DNA of 62,973 nucleotides, filler included, from Octopus bimaculoides (GCF_001194135.2; 5 parts of 5 records of this genome joined end to end with filler, not necessarily neighbours in it), one strand, 5' to 3'. Positions 1 through 11,829 are shown, numbered from the whole stretch's first letter. A program made the numbers and translations. Notes: generated from the sequence alone by a model not told the origin.

Positions 1-125
1 AACATAGGGTAAAAAACCAGATATTAATTAATATCGATTTATTACCAGGAAGCTAGCACATTTAAAGAATCAGAGAGATTCAGAAAAAATATCTGAGATC
101 TTAGGGGATTAAAGTATATGTTTAT
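1..125. repeat. Dispersed repeat family X, copy 1 (unclassified)
   Basis: Aligns by eye with 17110-17271 (ATAGGGTAAAAA..GATATTAATTAATATC..TACCAGGAA..TAGCACATT.AAAGAATCAGA..TTCAGAAAAAA..GAGATC.TA.G.GGATTA). Confidence 0.75.
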
Positions 126-135
126 ATATATATAG

Positions 136-270
136 GAGGGTTTCTTTCAGTTTCCGTCAACCAAATCCACTCCCAAGGCTTTGGTCGTTCCAAGTTACAG
201 GAACGTTAACCAAGCGACATCGGTTGTCAAGCGGTAGAGGGAACACTCACAAACACAAAGACATTATGTG
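136..270 (-). mobile_element. SINE family A fragment, internally deleted
   Basis: Matches parts of the full copy at 578-1020 (TTTCAGTTTCCGTC.ACCAAATCCACT..CAAGGCTTTGGTC; CATCGGTTGTCAAGCG). Confidence 0.75.
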
Positions 271-577
271 TATTACATTGCAGAAGACACTTAGGGGGCT
301 AACAATTATAAAATACAGGCTAAAATGACTGGTGGTTGTGCAGCTCTGGGGAGAAAAGAGAAACTATACCAACAGTGTAATGGTAATAGACTATTCTAAA
401 AATATTGGGCTGCAGAATGCAATGTTTAACTATAGCTAGTAAAAGACCCTAAAAGTCAGTACCTGAAAAATATACGGACATCTTGGAAGAGAAAAAGATA
501 TATTGCAGCAGTGCCTGAACGACTCTTTGTTACCCTTCAGCAGTGGTTATCAACCGTTTTCTACCTATTACTCTTTT

Positions 578-797
578 TAATCTTTTACTTGTTTCAGTCA
601 TTTAACTACGGCCATGCTGGAGCACCACCTTTATAGTCGAGCAAATCGACCCCAGAGCTTATTCTCTGTAAGCCTAGTACTTATTCTATCGGACTATTTT
701 GTCGAACCGCTAAGTTACGGGGACGTAAACACACGAGCATCGGTTGTTAAGCGATGCTGGGGGGGGGGGACAAACAGACACACAAACAAACACACAC

Positions 798-854
<57 letters not shown>

Positions 855-1020
855 CGACGGGCTTCTTCCAGTTTCCGACTACCAAATCCACTCACAAGGC
901 TTTGATCGGCCCGAGGCTATAGTAGAAGACACTTGCCTAAGGTGCCACGCAGTGGGACTGAACCCGGGACCATGTGTTTGGTAAGCAAGCTACTTACCAC
1001 ACAGCCACTCCTGCGCCTAT
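578..1020 (-). mobile_element. SINE family A, near full length (tRNA-like head, CORE-like block, central CA/TA microsatellite)
   Basis: Minus strand reads GGCGCAGGAGTGGCTGTGTGGTAAGTAGCTTGCTTACC..GGGTTCAGTCCCACTGCGTGGCACCTTAGGCAAGTGTCTTCTACT. It has A/B-box-like motifs and the CCTT(G/A)GGCAAG CORE-like block. More than 10 related copies in the window. Confidence 0.85.
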
Positions 1021-1884
1021 GGACGCCTTTGATTACTATTTTATTCTGATGGACCCCCATAGCCATTCGATGTTTAAAAACTAGTTTTATAGAGAATTCC
1101 TTCCAAAATTTATATTTTATTACTCTCACATTGCCTTATGTAGGCTCAACTACGTAAACTTTCTTGCAATAAATATATCTGGAGTAAAATTTTCTATAGA
1201 CCTATAAAATACTACTTGTGGGCCCAGTTTACTATTTCGATTGTGTGGACTCCAAAAAATTTAATGTAGACTCCGGTTGAGAAGCACTGTGCTAGAGTGA
1301 AATCCTCACCAGAAATTACCAAACGGATGTAATGAGGTAGAACGCATTAAGTAACTGTAGGGATAGATGAAGCTTCGATAGGGGATGAGAATATTTCAAC
1401 AAATACATCTACTTACCTGAATATAACAATGCAAGCAGTGAAAATTTCCATATTTCGTTGTTGTAGAATGTCATGAATGTGTGAATTTATCATAAACTAA
1501 CTTCTTTGTCTATCCCTGTTGCAGGTGAAACATTTATCATAATGTACTTTTGGATTTAATAGACAAAAGTCAATGTAATCCTAAATTTGGTCAATACTGT
1601 CTTGGATCTAATAGACAAGACAAAGATCTTTATAATTGCAATGTTAATGCTGTGTTGGATTCTATAGTTTAAATCATTCCAACGTATTTTATAACATCGA
1701 CCAAATTTATCCTGGATTTATTGAAGACACCAATCTATAAAATTCCAATGTCGATACCGGCAGAATGATAGAAGATATGAAGCAAACGTTATTTGGACCA
1801 TTATTACGTCATAACAGATGTGTTTTAAAACAGTTAAGCTTTAACCTAGTGAATGACTCATATTTATCTTTTATTTTTTAATTG

Positions 1885-2095
1885 TGCTACTCATTGGACT
1901 ACGGCCATGCTGGGGCACCGCCTTGAAGGGTTTAGTCGAACATGTCGACCCCAGTACTTGTTTTTTTTTAAACGCCTGTACTTATAGTATCAGTCTATGT
2001 TTATATCAAGCCGCTAAGCTAATAGAACGTAAACAAAGCGACATCGGTTGTCAAGCGGTAGTGGGGACAATCACAAACGCAAAGACACACACACA
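1885..2095 (-). mobile_element. SINE family A, 3' half
   Basis: GGCCATGCTGG.GCACCGCC..TTAGTCGAAC...TCGACCCCAG..CATCGGTTGTCAAGCG shared with 578-1020. Confidence 0.8.
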
Positions 2096-2099
2096 CACG

Positions 2100-2295
2100 C
2101 ACCAAATTTACAGAAAACAAAAGACGAAGACTAGTGAGGGAACAACATGCACGTGTATTAGTTTGACGCACAGAAAGAACGGAAAAGTCTTTGACGTTTC
2201 GATCCTACGCTCTTCGACAGAAAGGGATGAGAGGGAAAAATGGAGAGAGAATGAGAAAACAGAAAGAAAATTGTGTAGGGATTAACGGTTTAGCA
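2100..2295 (-). mobile_element. Penelope-like terminal-repeat fragment carrying a hammerhead-like motif
   Basis: Purine-rich on plus; contains the motif at 2189-2224. Layout resembles 16720-16925 (GACGC../AACGCTC..TGACGTTTCGA..GCTCT.CG.CAGAAAG). Penelope assignment is inferred from the ribozyme architecture only. Confidence 0.5.
2189..2224 (-). ncRNA. Minimal type I hammerhead-like motif (core variant CUGUCGA)
   Basis: Minus strand: CTTT-CTGTCGA-A-GAGC-gtag-GATC-GAAA-C-GTC-AAAG. Stem I CTTT/AAAG is perfect, stem II has 3 of 4 pairs, the cleavage triplet is GUC and stem III is the loopless palindrome ACGT. Core position 6 is U instead of A. Confidence 0.55.
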
Positions 2296-3037
2296 TGATG
2301 AAATATATATATATATATATANNNNNNNNNNNNNNNNNNNNNNNNNNNNNNNNNNNNNNNNNNNNNNNNNNNNNNNNNNNNNNNNNNNNNNNNNNNNNNN
2401 NNNNNNNNNNNNNNNNNNNNNNNNNNNNNNNNNNNNNNNNNNNNNNNNNNNNNNNNNNNNNNNNNNNNNNNNNNNNNNNNNNNNNNNNNNNNNNNNNNNN
2501 NNNNNNNNNNNNNNNNNNNNNNNNNNNNNNNNNNNNNNNNNNNNNNNNNNNNNNNNNNNNNNNNNNNNNNNNNNNNNNNNNNNNNNNNNNNNNNNNNNNN
2601 NNNNNNNNNNNNNNNNNNNNNNNNNNNNNNNNNNNNNNNNNNNNNNNNNNNNNNNNNNNNNNNNNNNNNNNNNNNNNNNNNNNNNNNNNNNNNNNNNNNN
2701 NNNNNNNNNNNNNNNNNNNNNNNNNNNNNNNNNNNNNNNNNNNNNNNNNNNNNNNNNNNNNNNNNNNNNNNNNNNNNNNNNNNNNNNNNNNNNNNNNNNN
2801 NNNNNNNNNNNNNNNNNNNNNNNNNNNNNNNNNNNNNNNNNNNNNNNNNNNNNNNNNNNNNNNNNNNNNNNNNNNTGTGTGTGTGTGTGTGTGTGTGTTT
2901 GTGTATGTGTGTGTGTGTTTGTGTGTGTGTACGTGTGAGTCAGAGTGTGTATGTGTGAGTCAGTGTGTGCGTGAGTTTGTGTGTGTGTGTGCATGTGTGT
3001 GTGTGTGTATGTGTGTGTGTGTATGTCTTTGTACTTG

Positions 3038-3222
3038 TGTTTGGCCCCCACGATCGCCTCACAACCGGTGTTCGTTTGAACTTAGCCGCTCGGCAAAAGG
3101 GAGCCGATAAAATAAATACCAAGGTTTAAAAACCTATGTACTGGTGTCGATCGTCTAAACCCTTTAAGGTGGTGCTCCAGCATAACCGTAGTCCAATGAC
3201 TGAAACAAGTGAAATAAAAAGA
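3038..3222 (+). mobile_element. SINE family A, 3' half
   Basis: ACAACCG.TG..AACTTAGCCGCTCGGCAAAAG..GGTGGTGCTCCAGCATAACCGTAGTCCAATGACTGAAACAAGT. Confidence 0.8.
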
Positions 3223-3489
3223 AACAGAACAGGAAACAAGCAGTATGGTATTGATTGAGGTGGACTTGATGATCATCGAATGTACCAAAAGAACGTGAGA
3301 GATTTCTAGCCAAATCTGACAGCAAAGACGCTGACAGGAAATTTCGGTTGTACAAACTGGAGACGCGGTAGGTAACCCTAGTCGTTGGTCGCTCTTGTCC
3401 CCTCTATCTGTTGAACTCACACCTGTGTGTAATCAGATTTTGTTTTAGCTTTCACGTGTTTTAGTTTCGTCGAACGAATTCGACAAGAA

Positions 3490-3885
3490 TACTTGTTTTT
3501 AAGCCTGCTGCTTATTATGTTATTGGTCACTTGTTACCGAACCGCTAAATTATGGGAACTTAGACAAACCAATACCGATTGGCAAGCACACCAGCGCGCA
3601 CATATACAAAGAAAAAAAAAGGAGGTTATCAGGATTTTTGATAATTATTTATCTAGCACTTTCATCTCTTTGAAAATTATTTATTTTCTCTCTCTAAGCA
3701 AACCTTCAAANNNNNNNNNNATATATATATACGCGATAGGCTTATTCTAGTTTCCATCTACTAAATCTACTCACAAGGCTTTGGTCGGCCCGTGGCTATA
3801 GTAGCCGAAGATGTCATGCAGTGGGACTGAACCCGGGAGGACCATGTGCTTAGAAAGTAAGCTTCTTACCACACAGCCACGCCTG
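3490..3885 (-). mobile_element. SINE family A, decayed, spans a small gap
   Basis: GAACCGCTAA..; CTCACAAGGCTTTGGTCGGCCCG.GGCTATAGTAG..CAGTGGGACTGAACCCGG..TTACCACACAGCCAC. Confidence 0.75.
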
Positions 3886-4198
3886 TGGGAAAGAATTTGA
3901 CAAACCGTTAATTAATAATCATAATTCACTTTGAGGAATGGATGAATTAAATTTAGCTATAAACAATCCATTCTTATAAACAACAAGTAACTATTCAGTT
4001 CGCTATGTGAACAAATATGCACCAAACCACGCGTGTGCGTATGCTTATATCATTGTGGATGATATCCGTTGGAAAAAATGCCATCAACAAATAGTTTAAT
4101 ACTTTAACATATACATACGTACATACACCCCACCACATACACACGCACACATGAACGCACACTCTCACACACATGAACGCACACTCTCACACACATGA

Positions 4199-4240
<42 letters not shown>

Positions 4241-5064
4241 GGATAGGGACTATAAGCGAGGGCGTTTATACATCCATATCCGTTAAGGGTTATATTTTAT
4301 ACTCTTTCCGCTGTATTGTGTATTGTTTTTTGATTTTTTTTTTGGCATCTGTTATTTCTTTTTTATCATTAATCTTCTTTATAAATGAAACGATATATTT
4401 TAATTTGCTGCTTTTCTTTACACGAACCGAGAAGATACCTTGCAGAACTGTTATTTTAAAGAGTTATATCTATTTATCACCCGAAGAAACACATCTACAC
4501 CGTCGGATGCTCCAGAACCAATTGTTGCTGGATGGGTCGAAACAATTGTAGTGATTAATAAAAATTATCGTATCTTCCATCTTCCGTCTTTCTCAGATAT
4601 ATTTATGAATGTGTGTGTGCGTGCGTGCGTGCATGCGTGTATATGAGTGTGAGTGTGCGTGCGTGTATGTGTGTGGGCTGAACGTTGTTTAATCATAGAA
4701 TAACTCCTTTAAACAGTGTTCCTTTTTCTGCTTTTTTAATTTAATGACTTTATTAAATAATTTCCATATTCAATAAAATATATGAATGATCTCAGAAAAA
4801 AAAACGGAAATAAAAAGAAACTGTTAACATAAGCTTTTGCAATAACAGTTTTACTTTCTAACTCATTCACCCTGTTCTTTGACACAAGAAAAGTTATATC
4901 GCTTATATGTCTGTTTGTGTTTGTGGGTGAATGTTTGTGAGTGGGTGTTTGTGTATGTTTGTGCGCGTGCGTGTGCGCGTGCGTGTGTGTGAATTTCTAT
5001 CGTCATTTAACATATTTTGTTTACAATTGCTTATTTTTAATTTTTTAGTCGTTAGAAAAAATAC

Positions 5065-5513
5065 TTTTTCATGAACAACAAACTAGAGTGAAAGGCATTT
5101 ACAAGTTCAAATATCTCTCAAACATATTTGAACTGGTCTTAAGGTTGTATTCTTTCCATTACTGCTTCATGCATCAACTCACGAATTTGTTCTGGCCTGA
5201 TGTACGCTCTCTTTCATTAATATTGACTAATCTACAGTAAAGGAAATAAAGCATTCTAGTTATCTCAGAGTCGCCTCTCTTGGTGACTGGTGCAGAAGAG
5301 AACTAATGATTTCAAAATGTATCTAACAGACTGACAGAAATCGTTTTGAGATGACTATGGTGTTTCAAAGACCTTTTTGTCTTAGGCGAGAACTTCTTTT
5401 TCAACGACAAACGGCGGTGAAAAGAATTTAACAGATTTAAATATCTCAGAATTATTGAAACTGGTCTTAAGGTTGTATTCTTTCCATTACTGCTTCATGC
5501 ATCAACTCACGAA
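5065..5513. repeat. Local direct duplication, 328-bp offset, with a 55-bp identical core
   Basis: 5131-5185 is identical to 5459-5513. Diverged homology continues about 65 bp towards lower coordinates in both copies. Confidence 0.9.
5139..5231 (-). other. Candidate terminal exon (possibly pseudogenised)
   Basis: Acceptor TTTATTTCCTTTACTGTAG ends at 5232. One frame reads KRAYIRPEQIRELMHEAVMERIQP* (TAA at 5139-5141) but has two stops just after the acceptor. No homologue recognised. Confidence 0.3.
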
Positions 5514-5683
5514 NNNNNNNNNNNNNNNNNNNNNNNNNNNNNNNNNNNNGTGTGTGTGTGTGTACGTGTGTGTGTGTGTACGTGTGTGTACGTGTGTGTG
5601 TGTATGTGTGTGTGTGTGTATGTGTGTGGGTGTGTGGATGTGGGTGTTTGTGTATTTATTTACACAGTTCTAGATTTACTCAC

Positions 5684-5836
5684 GGAATTGAACAATTTCG
5701 ACAAAGCACCAACAGATATATCGTCCTTGCTTTGTTGAATTTCCTTTCCAACTTATGTCTGATATCATTAAGCTTTTCCTTCATTTGTTTCATCGATGAA
5801 AATTGCTAGAATCTCTCATGTGTTCATCCAAAGGAT
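5684..5836 (-). other. Candidate 153-nt exon (first coding exon or pseudo-exon)
   Basis: Acceptor TTATGTGTTTTACTGTTGCAG and donor CC|GTGAGT. All three frames contain a stop, but ATG-initiated MKQMKEKLNDIRHKLERKFNKARTIYLLVLCRNCSI runs to the donor. Confidence 0.35.
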
Positions 5837-6224
5837 CTGCAACAGTAAAACACATAAGTTCAGCTATTAAGTAAAAGTAGTACTCTGTTTATATCATTCA
5901 TTTACAGTAGCAATATTCATACAAGCTCGCTTTTTTTTTTAGTACATACACCCGTACATAACACACGTCACAAACACACACACACATTCACACGTACATA
6001 CACGCGAACATATTTTTGTGTGAATATGTATGTGGTTATCTATCTATAGATACATATATGAACACATACATATGCGCACACGCATATTCCAACTCATGGG
6101 GGTGGTGGACATTTTATAAAGACAGAACCCTATTGAAACAAGAGAAACAAACGGCAAGCTGTCGTTTCGATTTGATTCAAGCAGGTTTCCTTTATTCAGA
6201 ATGTTTATTTGATTGTCTTACACA

Positions 6225-6265
<41 letters not shown>

Positions 6266-6269
<4 letters not shown>

Positions 6270-6483
6270 GTTTCAAATTTTGCCACTAGGGCAGCAATTT
6301 GGGGAAAAGGGATGAGTTGATTACATTGACCCCAGTGTTTCACTAGTACTTATTTTATTGACAACCCGAAAGGATGATAGACAAAGTCGACCTTAGTGGA
6401 ATTTGAACTCAGAAGTTAGTAACAGGTAAAAAATACCGCTAAGCATTTTGCCCAGCGTACTAACGATTCTGCCAGCTCACCAA
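6266..6483 (-). mobile_element. SINE family B (tRNA-like head, Meta-like core), tail type 3
   Basis: GCCAGCTC.CC head, GAATTTGAACTCAGAA B-box-like motif, GGTCGACTTTG..TCATCCTTTCGGG..GTC.ATAAAATAAGTAC core; tail ends AAAATTTGAAACCATT. Confidence 0.85.
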
Positions 6484-6653
6484 CTTAGTAATAATAATGA
6501 TAATAATAATAATAATTAGTAGTAGTAGTAGTATGAAAAATATACGCTCTGTTAACATGCTACATTCCACAACAGGAAGAGAACAGAAACATGTATATTA
6601 TATTTATATGTGTGTGTATATATATGTATGCATGTATGTATATATACGAGTTT

Positions 6654-6693
<40 letters not shown>

Positions 6694-7309
6694 ATTTGTG
6701 TATGCATATACATATATATGTACATACACATATACTTGTATTTATGTGCGTATATATGTGCACACACACACATGTATTTATATATATATATATATNNNNN
6801 NNNNNNNNNNNNNNNNNNNNNNNNNNNNNNNNNNNNNNNNNNNNNNNNNNNNNNNNNNNNNNNNNNNNNNNNNNNNNNNNNNNNNNNNNNNNNNNNNNNN
6901 NNNNNNNNNNNNNNNNNNNNNNNNNNNNNNNNNNNNNNNNNNNNNNNNNNNNNNNNNNNNNNNNNNNNNNNNNNNNNNNNNNNNNNNNNNNNNNNNNNNN
7001 NNNNNNNNNNNNNNNNNNNNNNNNNNNNNNNNNNNNNNNNNNNNNNNNNNNNNNNNNNNNNNTATATATATATATATATATAAACATATATACATACATT
7101 GAAGAAAATATGCTATAGTTTTTTTGAAGCTTTCTTTGTGTACGTTTCGTTTGAATGTAGTTAGGAACAGTTTTTGTTTTGTGTTGTTTTGTTTTTATTT
7201 TGTTTTATTTTTGTTCTTTCTTTTTTCATTATTGTGTTTCTGTTTCGAAATAACAGCAGATGGTCACTAAATGTGGTGTACAATAGTCTTTGTAGATTGT
7301 GTTATGTGT

Positions 7310-7359
<50 letters not shown>

Positions 7360-7742
7360 GTGAGACATGAGTGGGGAAACAGACAGCGGTATGAAGTGAA
7401 GTCAGGGAGGGTAGGTAATGTAATATTGAAGAAGGTAAGAACGATATGCATGTGTGTGTGCATGTATGAGTCTCTCTGTGTGTGTATACGTGTGTGTGAG
7501 TGAAGGGGATATGTAAATCCAAGGGTTATTCATTCGCTAGGTGACGCCACTTAGAATTAAGTATTAATGCTGAGTGTGAACATATTTTATTGAAACACTG
7601 AGTCAAACAAACAGAAAAACGCCTTTTGTTGGACTCGATGTTTTAATAAAACGCAAGCATGTGTGTCTGTTGGGGTACGTACCAACAACTCGCGCACACA
7701 CACTCTAATAGATAGATAGATGGATAGATCGATAGATAGATC

Positions 7743-7803
<61 letters not shown>

Positions 7804-7806
7804 AAA

Positions 7807-8037
7807 GCGGCGAGCTGGTAGAACCGTTAGCACGCCGGGCGAAATGCTTAGCGGTATTTCGTCTGCCGTTACGTTCTGAGTTCAAATTCCGCTGAGGTCG
7901 ACTTTGCCTGTTATCCTTTCGGAGTCGATAATTTAAGTACCAGTTACGCACTGGGGTCGATGTAATCAACTGAACCCCTTTGTCTGTCCTTGTTTGTCTC
8001 CTCTATGTTTAGCTCCTTGTGGGAAATAAAGAAATAA
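7807..8037 (+). mobile_element. SINE family B, tail type 1
   Basis: GCGGCGAGCTGGTAGAACCGTTAGCACGCCGGGC..GAGTTCAAATTCCGCTGAGGTCGACTTTGCC..AGTACCAGTTACGCACTGGGGTCGATGTAATC; tail CCCCTTTGTCTGTCCTTGTTTG..AATAAAGAAATA. Confidence 0.9.
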
Positions 8038-8104
8038 GATAGATAGGTAGATAAATAGATAGATAGATAGATAGATAGATAGAAAGAAAGAAAGAAAGAA
8101 ACAT

Positions 8105-8198
8105 ATGAAGGCGCTTGGCTTAGTTGTTAGGGTGATGCGTTCACGATCTCGCATTCGTGATTTCAGTTCCTAGACCGAGAGGTGCGTTGTGTTCTTAA
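8105..8198 (+). mobile_element. SINE family C head fragment
   Basis: ATGAAGGCGCTTGGCTTAGTTGTTAGGGTG..CACGATC..GGTGCGTTGTGTTCTT.AG matches the heads at 12531 and 22500. Confidence 0.65.
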
Positions 8199-8580
8199 GA
8201 TTTAGTGGTAAGGCGGTCTGACGTCTATTTTTAGCATACAAGGGATCATTATAGTGATCTCTCATACTGTTTATGTTTAAATGAAAAATACCATATCAAT
8301 TCCATATTTTTTGATAATTTAAAATCTACATAAAAATAAAAATTTTAAAAAAAACTAACATAGAAGGCGAGTTTATTTATCTAAAATTGGTGACGTCACT
8401 GAATATCTAAAGAACAAAAACTGCAGACAAAAATTCTACGTTATCCTTAATAGATAACTAAAGAATAAAACTACGTAGTGCTTTATAGAAACTTGTATAC
8501 TTTACGTCACAATAATTAGTTACCTGTTTATCTATTTAATATAATAAACCCTTCTATAGGAATTAACCTTCTTTTATAAT

Positions 8581-8632
<52 letters not shown>

Positions 8633-8711
8633 TTCAAAAAAACAATAACAAAAAAACAACAAAGTGAGGACGTGATACGGATAGTGTTATTGGACGCTCA
8701 GGAAAGGAAAG

Positions 8712-8743
<32 letters not shown>

Positions 8744-9244
8744 GTATATATATATATATGCATATACATATATACGGCGAGCTTCCACACAGTTTCCGTC
8801 TAAGAAATTTGACTCACAAGGCATTGGTTAGCCGCACAGTTGGATTGAAACTGAAACCACGTGATTGCAAAATGAGCTTTTTAATCACAGCCAACAAAAC
8901 TCTTATTGATAAGAAAGCGTGTGTAACAAGGCAGCGAATTATCCGAGTGGTTAGGAATTCGGCCAGAACACTTGATCGTGTGACTCAAAGTTCAAATCTC
9001 ACCGAGGTCAACTTAGCCTTTCTCTTGTGTGTGTGTGTTTTTTTTTTTGGGTTTTTTTTTGCTTTGCTACAGTGCTAGCTTATATTGCTCGTAGGCGGGG
9101 TTGAAACAAGCGAAGCGGTTCAGACTGGTAAAGACAGACAACTCTTGGATCAACAATTTAAATAAGATATAATAGATGGATAACCTAACGTTCTACATAC
9201 AAATATGATAAAAACAGTTATTAAATTCTTTTGTTTAGATGGTC

Positions 9245-9680
9245 GGATCTTTTTTAAAACGGGGGCCACATTTTTCATTAATGTTTTACGTAGTGTTTTC
9301 GGTACCNNNNNNNNNNNNNNNNNNNNNNNNNNNNNNNNNNNNNNNNNNNNNNNNNNTTCTTTTTTTTTTCTTCGTTTTATTTGCTTTTTTCTTTTTAAAT
9401 TTGCTGTTTTACCCTAACCCTAACCCTATCACCGATAGAATTGTTTCAGAATCGTTTGTTTATGTAGTCGGCACTTAATGTATATCGGCTGAATGGACGT
9501 CAGTGATTGGTTGAAATTTCAGAAATACGACAACTTTCACATGGAATAACTTTGGGGTTTCTTTTTTTTTTTTAAGAAGACTAAGAGAAAAAGATGTTTT
9601 ATATGACACATTCTACCAGTGTTCCAAGTTTCAAAGTGTTTCGTTAATGAAAAATGTGGCCCCCGTTTTAAAAAAGATCC
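9245..9680. mobile_element. 436-bp MITE with perfect 37-bp TIRs and 8-bp TSD (Merlin-like or hAT-like non-autonomous DNA transposon)
   Basis: 9245-9281 GGATCTTTTTTAAAACGGGGGCCACATTTTTCATTAA is the exact reverse complement of 9644-9680. AGATGGTC is directly repeated at 9237-9244 and 9681-9688. Internal CCCTAACCCTAACCCTA at 9412-9428. Confidence 0.9.
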
Positions 9681-9746
9681 AGATGGTCTGATGACAACTA
9701 TACTTTTCCTCCACAATATCAAGAGCATCTACATCATCAACATCAA

Positions 9747-9797
<51 letters not shown>

Positions 9798-10066
9798 TAT
9801 GATCTTTATCATCGATATCATCGCCATCATTTTTATCTTCATCTTTATTCATAACTCCTTCACTTCAGTTATCCAAGAGCACCCAGCCTTTAATCGCAAG
9901 CAATGCCTACCTATTCACACTCGAGGAAATACCTTCTAACATCAAGCAAAGTACAGAGAGGCAGACGATCAGAAAAGCCACTCAACACACCAACCGGCCG
10001 ACAGACTGATGGACTTTCAGTGACAGATAGTGACAGAGAGAGAGAGAGGCAAACATATGTATATAC

Positions 10067-10134
<68 letters not shown>

Positions 10135-10445
10135 CATTTCTTTTATTAGCCACACAGGGCTCAACAAAGATGGGACGAATACAATGTAGAGCTTTTCTTT
10201 TTGGGAGGGGGAAGGAAGAAAAAAAAGTAGGGGTGGGTGTCGATCAAAAGGAATCGTAGGAAGGAAAAAAGGGGGGAGTTCGATCAAAAGGGACCGAGAG
10301 AGAAAAAAAAGCGATCAATAGGGATCGTGTATCACAGTAATGTTCTCGTGTAAAATGAGGGGAGGACAGTTTAGGTTTAGCCGTGGAAAGAAAAGCCTAC
10401 GGAAAAGACCACGGTAACCTTGGTCGATATTGTCATTGCAGAAAC
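10135..10445 (-). mobile_element. 3' end of a non-LTR retroelement (possibly L1/Tx1-like)
   Basis: Minus strand has a pyrimidine-rich UTR-like tract ending CCCTGTGTGGCTAATAAAAGAAA before a (TATC)n run. Clade assignment is from recollection and is not shown by protein motifs. Confidence 0.4.
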
Positions 10446-11041
10446 TAGACAGATAGATAGATAGATCACCGACAGATGTAGATAAAACGTGTTAAGATCT
10501 ACTCGACTAGTAATATGGTAGCTGGAAGGTTACTTCTCTTCCTTTTTTTTTTCTTTTTTTACTTTTTTGTGAATAAATATTGGCTGTGGAGATAATTAAA
10601 ACACGAACATCTATGTATTGATATTACGAGGTGAGAATGATAGATAAGGAGAAATAGAGAGGAGTAATTTCATTAATGTATTTCAGAGAGAATTTATACA
10701 ATTAATTTTGCAAGATTGATCAAAATGTTAGTATCTGACTAAATTTGTAGGAAACAACATGCAAAAAGATGTTTTAATTAAAATGTGTAAAAAATCAGCC
10801 CGTATTCCGTTCAACTACTGTCTAATACAGAAGAATGTGTAATATAAAGATGTAGATATACATTAAGCTAGTAGACGAGGAAAATTTATCGTGTTAGATT
10901 TTCTCTCCGGAAATAATTACAAAGCTTTTGTATTTATATTACAGGAAAAACATTAAGTAGGTGGATTACGAACATTATCACTCAGGCAACATGTCGTCCT
11001 TCGTATGGCCTGCCTCTAACATATTTCGATCTAACACTTAC

Positions 11042-11142
11042 AAAAATGAAAACCTTTGTCTCATCCACTCCATGTATCTTTGTACTAGTCTTCTGATGTT
11101 CGTCTCCTGTATACTTGGGGCCATAAAAAAAAGTTTTCTCCT
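11042..11142 (-). other. Candidate 101-nt coding exon
   Basis: Acceptor CATTTTTAG (short tract), donor TT|GTAAGT. Open phase-0 frame RRKLFFMAPSIQETNIRRLVQRYMEWMRQRFSF. No homologue recognised. Confidence 0.35.
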
Positions 11143-11791
11143 CTAAAAATGTTTCTTGATATTCTCCGTTTAACACACATTATATATATAACGATATGTA
11201 ATGGTAAGATCCAAGGATCCAGGTTGTTTGATCAAATCTTCTGTGAGTTAACTTGGGATCTTTTGACGACAACGTAACCTTCATTTAACTAAGATATCTT
11301 CAGCTTGATGAGGTAGCTAGTGGAGTAACCCTCGTTGAGTAATTACTACTTCCAAGCTTCTGCTCGCTAGGAAACATATGTAGCCTGGATTTCACCTCTT
11401 CGGACCTTTATTTAAGGAGGAATTTATTTAACGAGTTATTTAAGGAGAAATTTGAATATGGACTGGATTTAGAGACGATGTTTTGGTGTTTACCTTTTGT
11501 TCTTAACCCTTTTTTTCCCTGAAGATGTGTAAGGCAATTTATATGTTTAACTTTAATTTGACAGTTAAATATAGCCTTATACAGAAATGTTGACATAGGA
11601 ATAAATTTCAATAATAATGGATATTAGCGTCAAAACTCTCTTTTAAATTTAAAATTTTGGATATATAACCAAGGAGAACGATCCTTAAGGAGTCTACTTT
11701 AGACTTTTTGCGGTGAAATCTCTTCCTATATTGGTAACGATTACATGTTTTTCTCATCATCAACACATTGTGGAGATATCATCATATGAAC

Positions 11792-11829
<38 letters not shown>

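Noticed and set aside
1500-1800. Plus-strand acceptor at 1524 followed by loosely repeated TGGAT.TAATAGAC units
   Set aside because: No sustained open frame or donor; it looks like a degenerate short tandem repeat.
4520-4560. Minus-strand peptide CFDPSSNNW resembling a Kelch repeat
   Set aside because: Short, followed by a stop, with no splice sites in phase; probably chance.
8392-8399. TGACGTCA CRE site (another near 22920)
   Set aside because: Isolated 8-mers with no linked promoter evidence; expected by chance in 63 kb.
9412-9428. Interstitial telomere
   Set aside because: Fewer than three CCCTAA units, and they lie inside a MITE.
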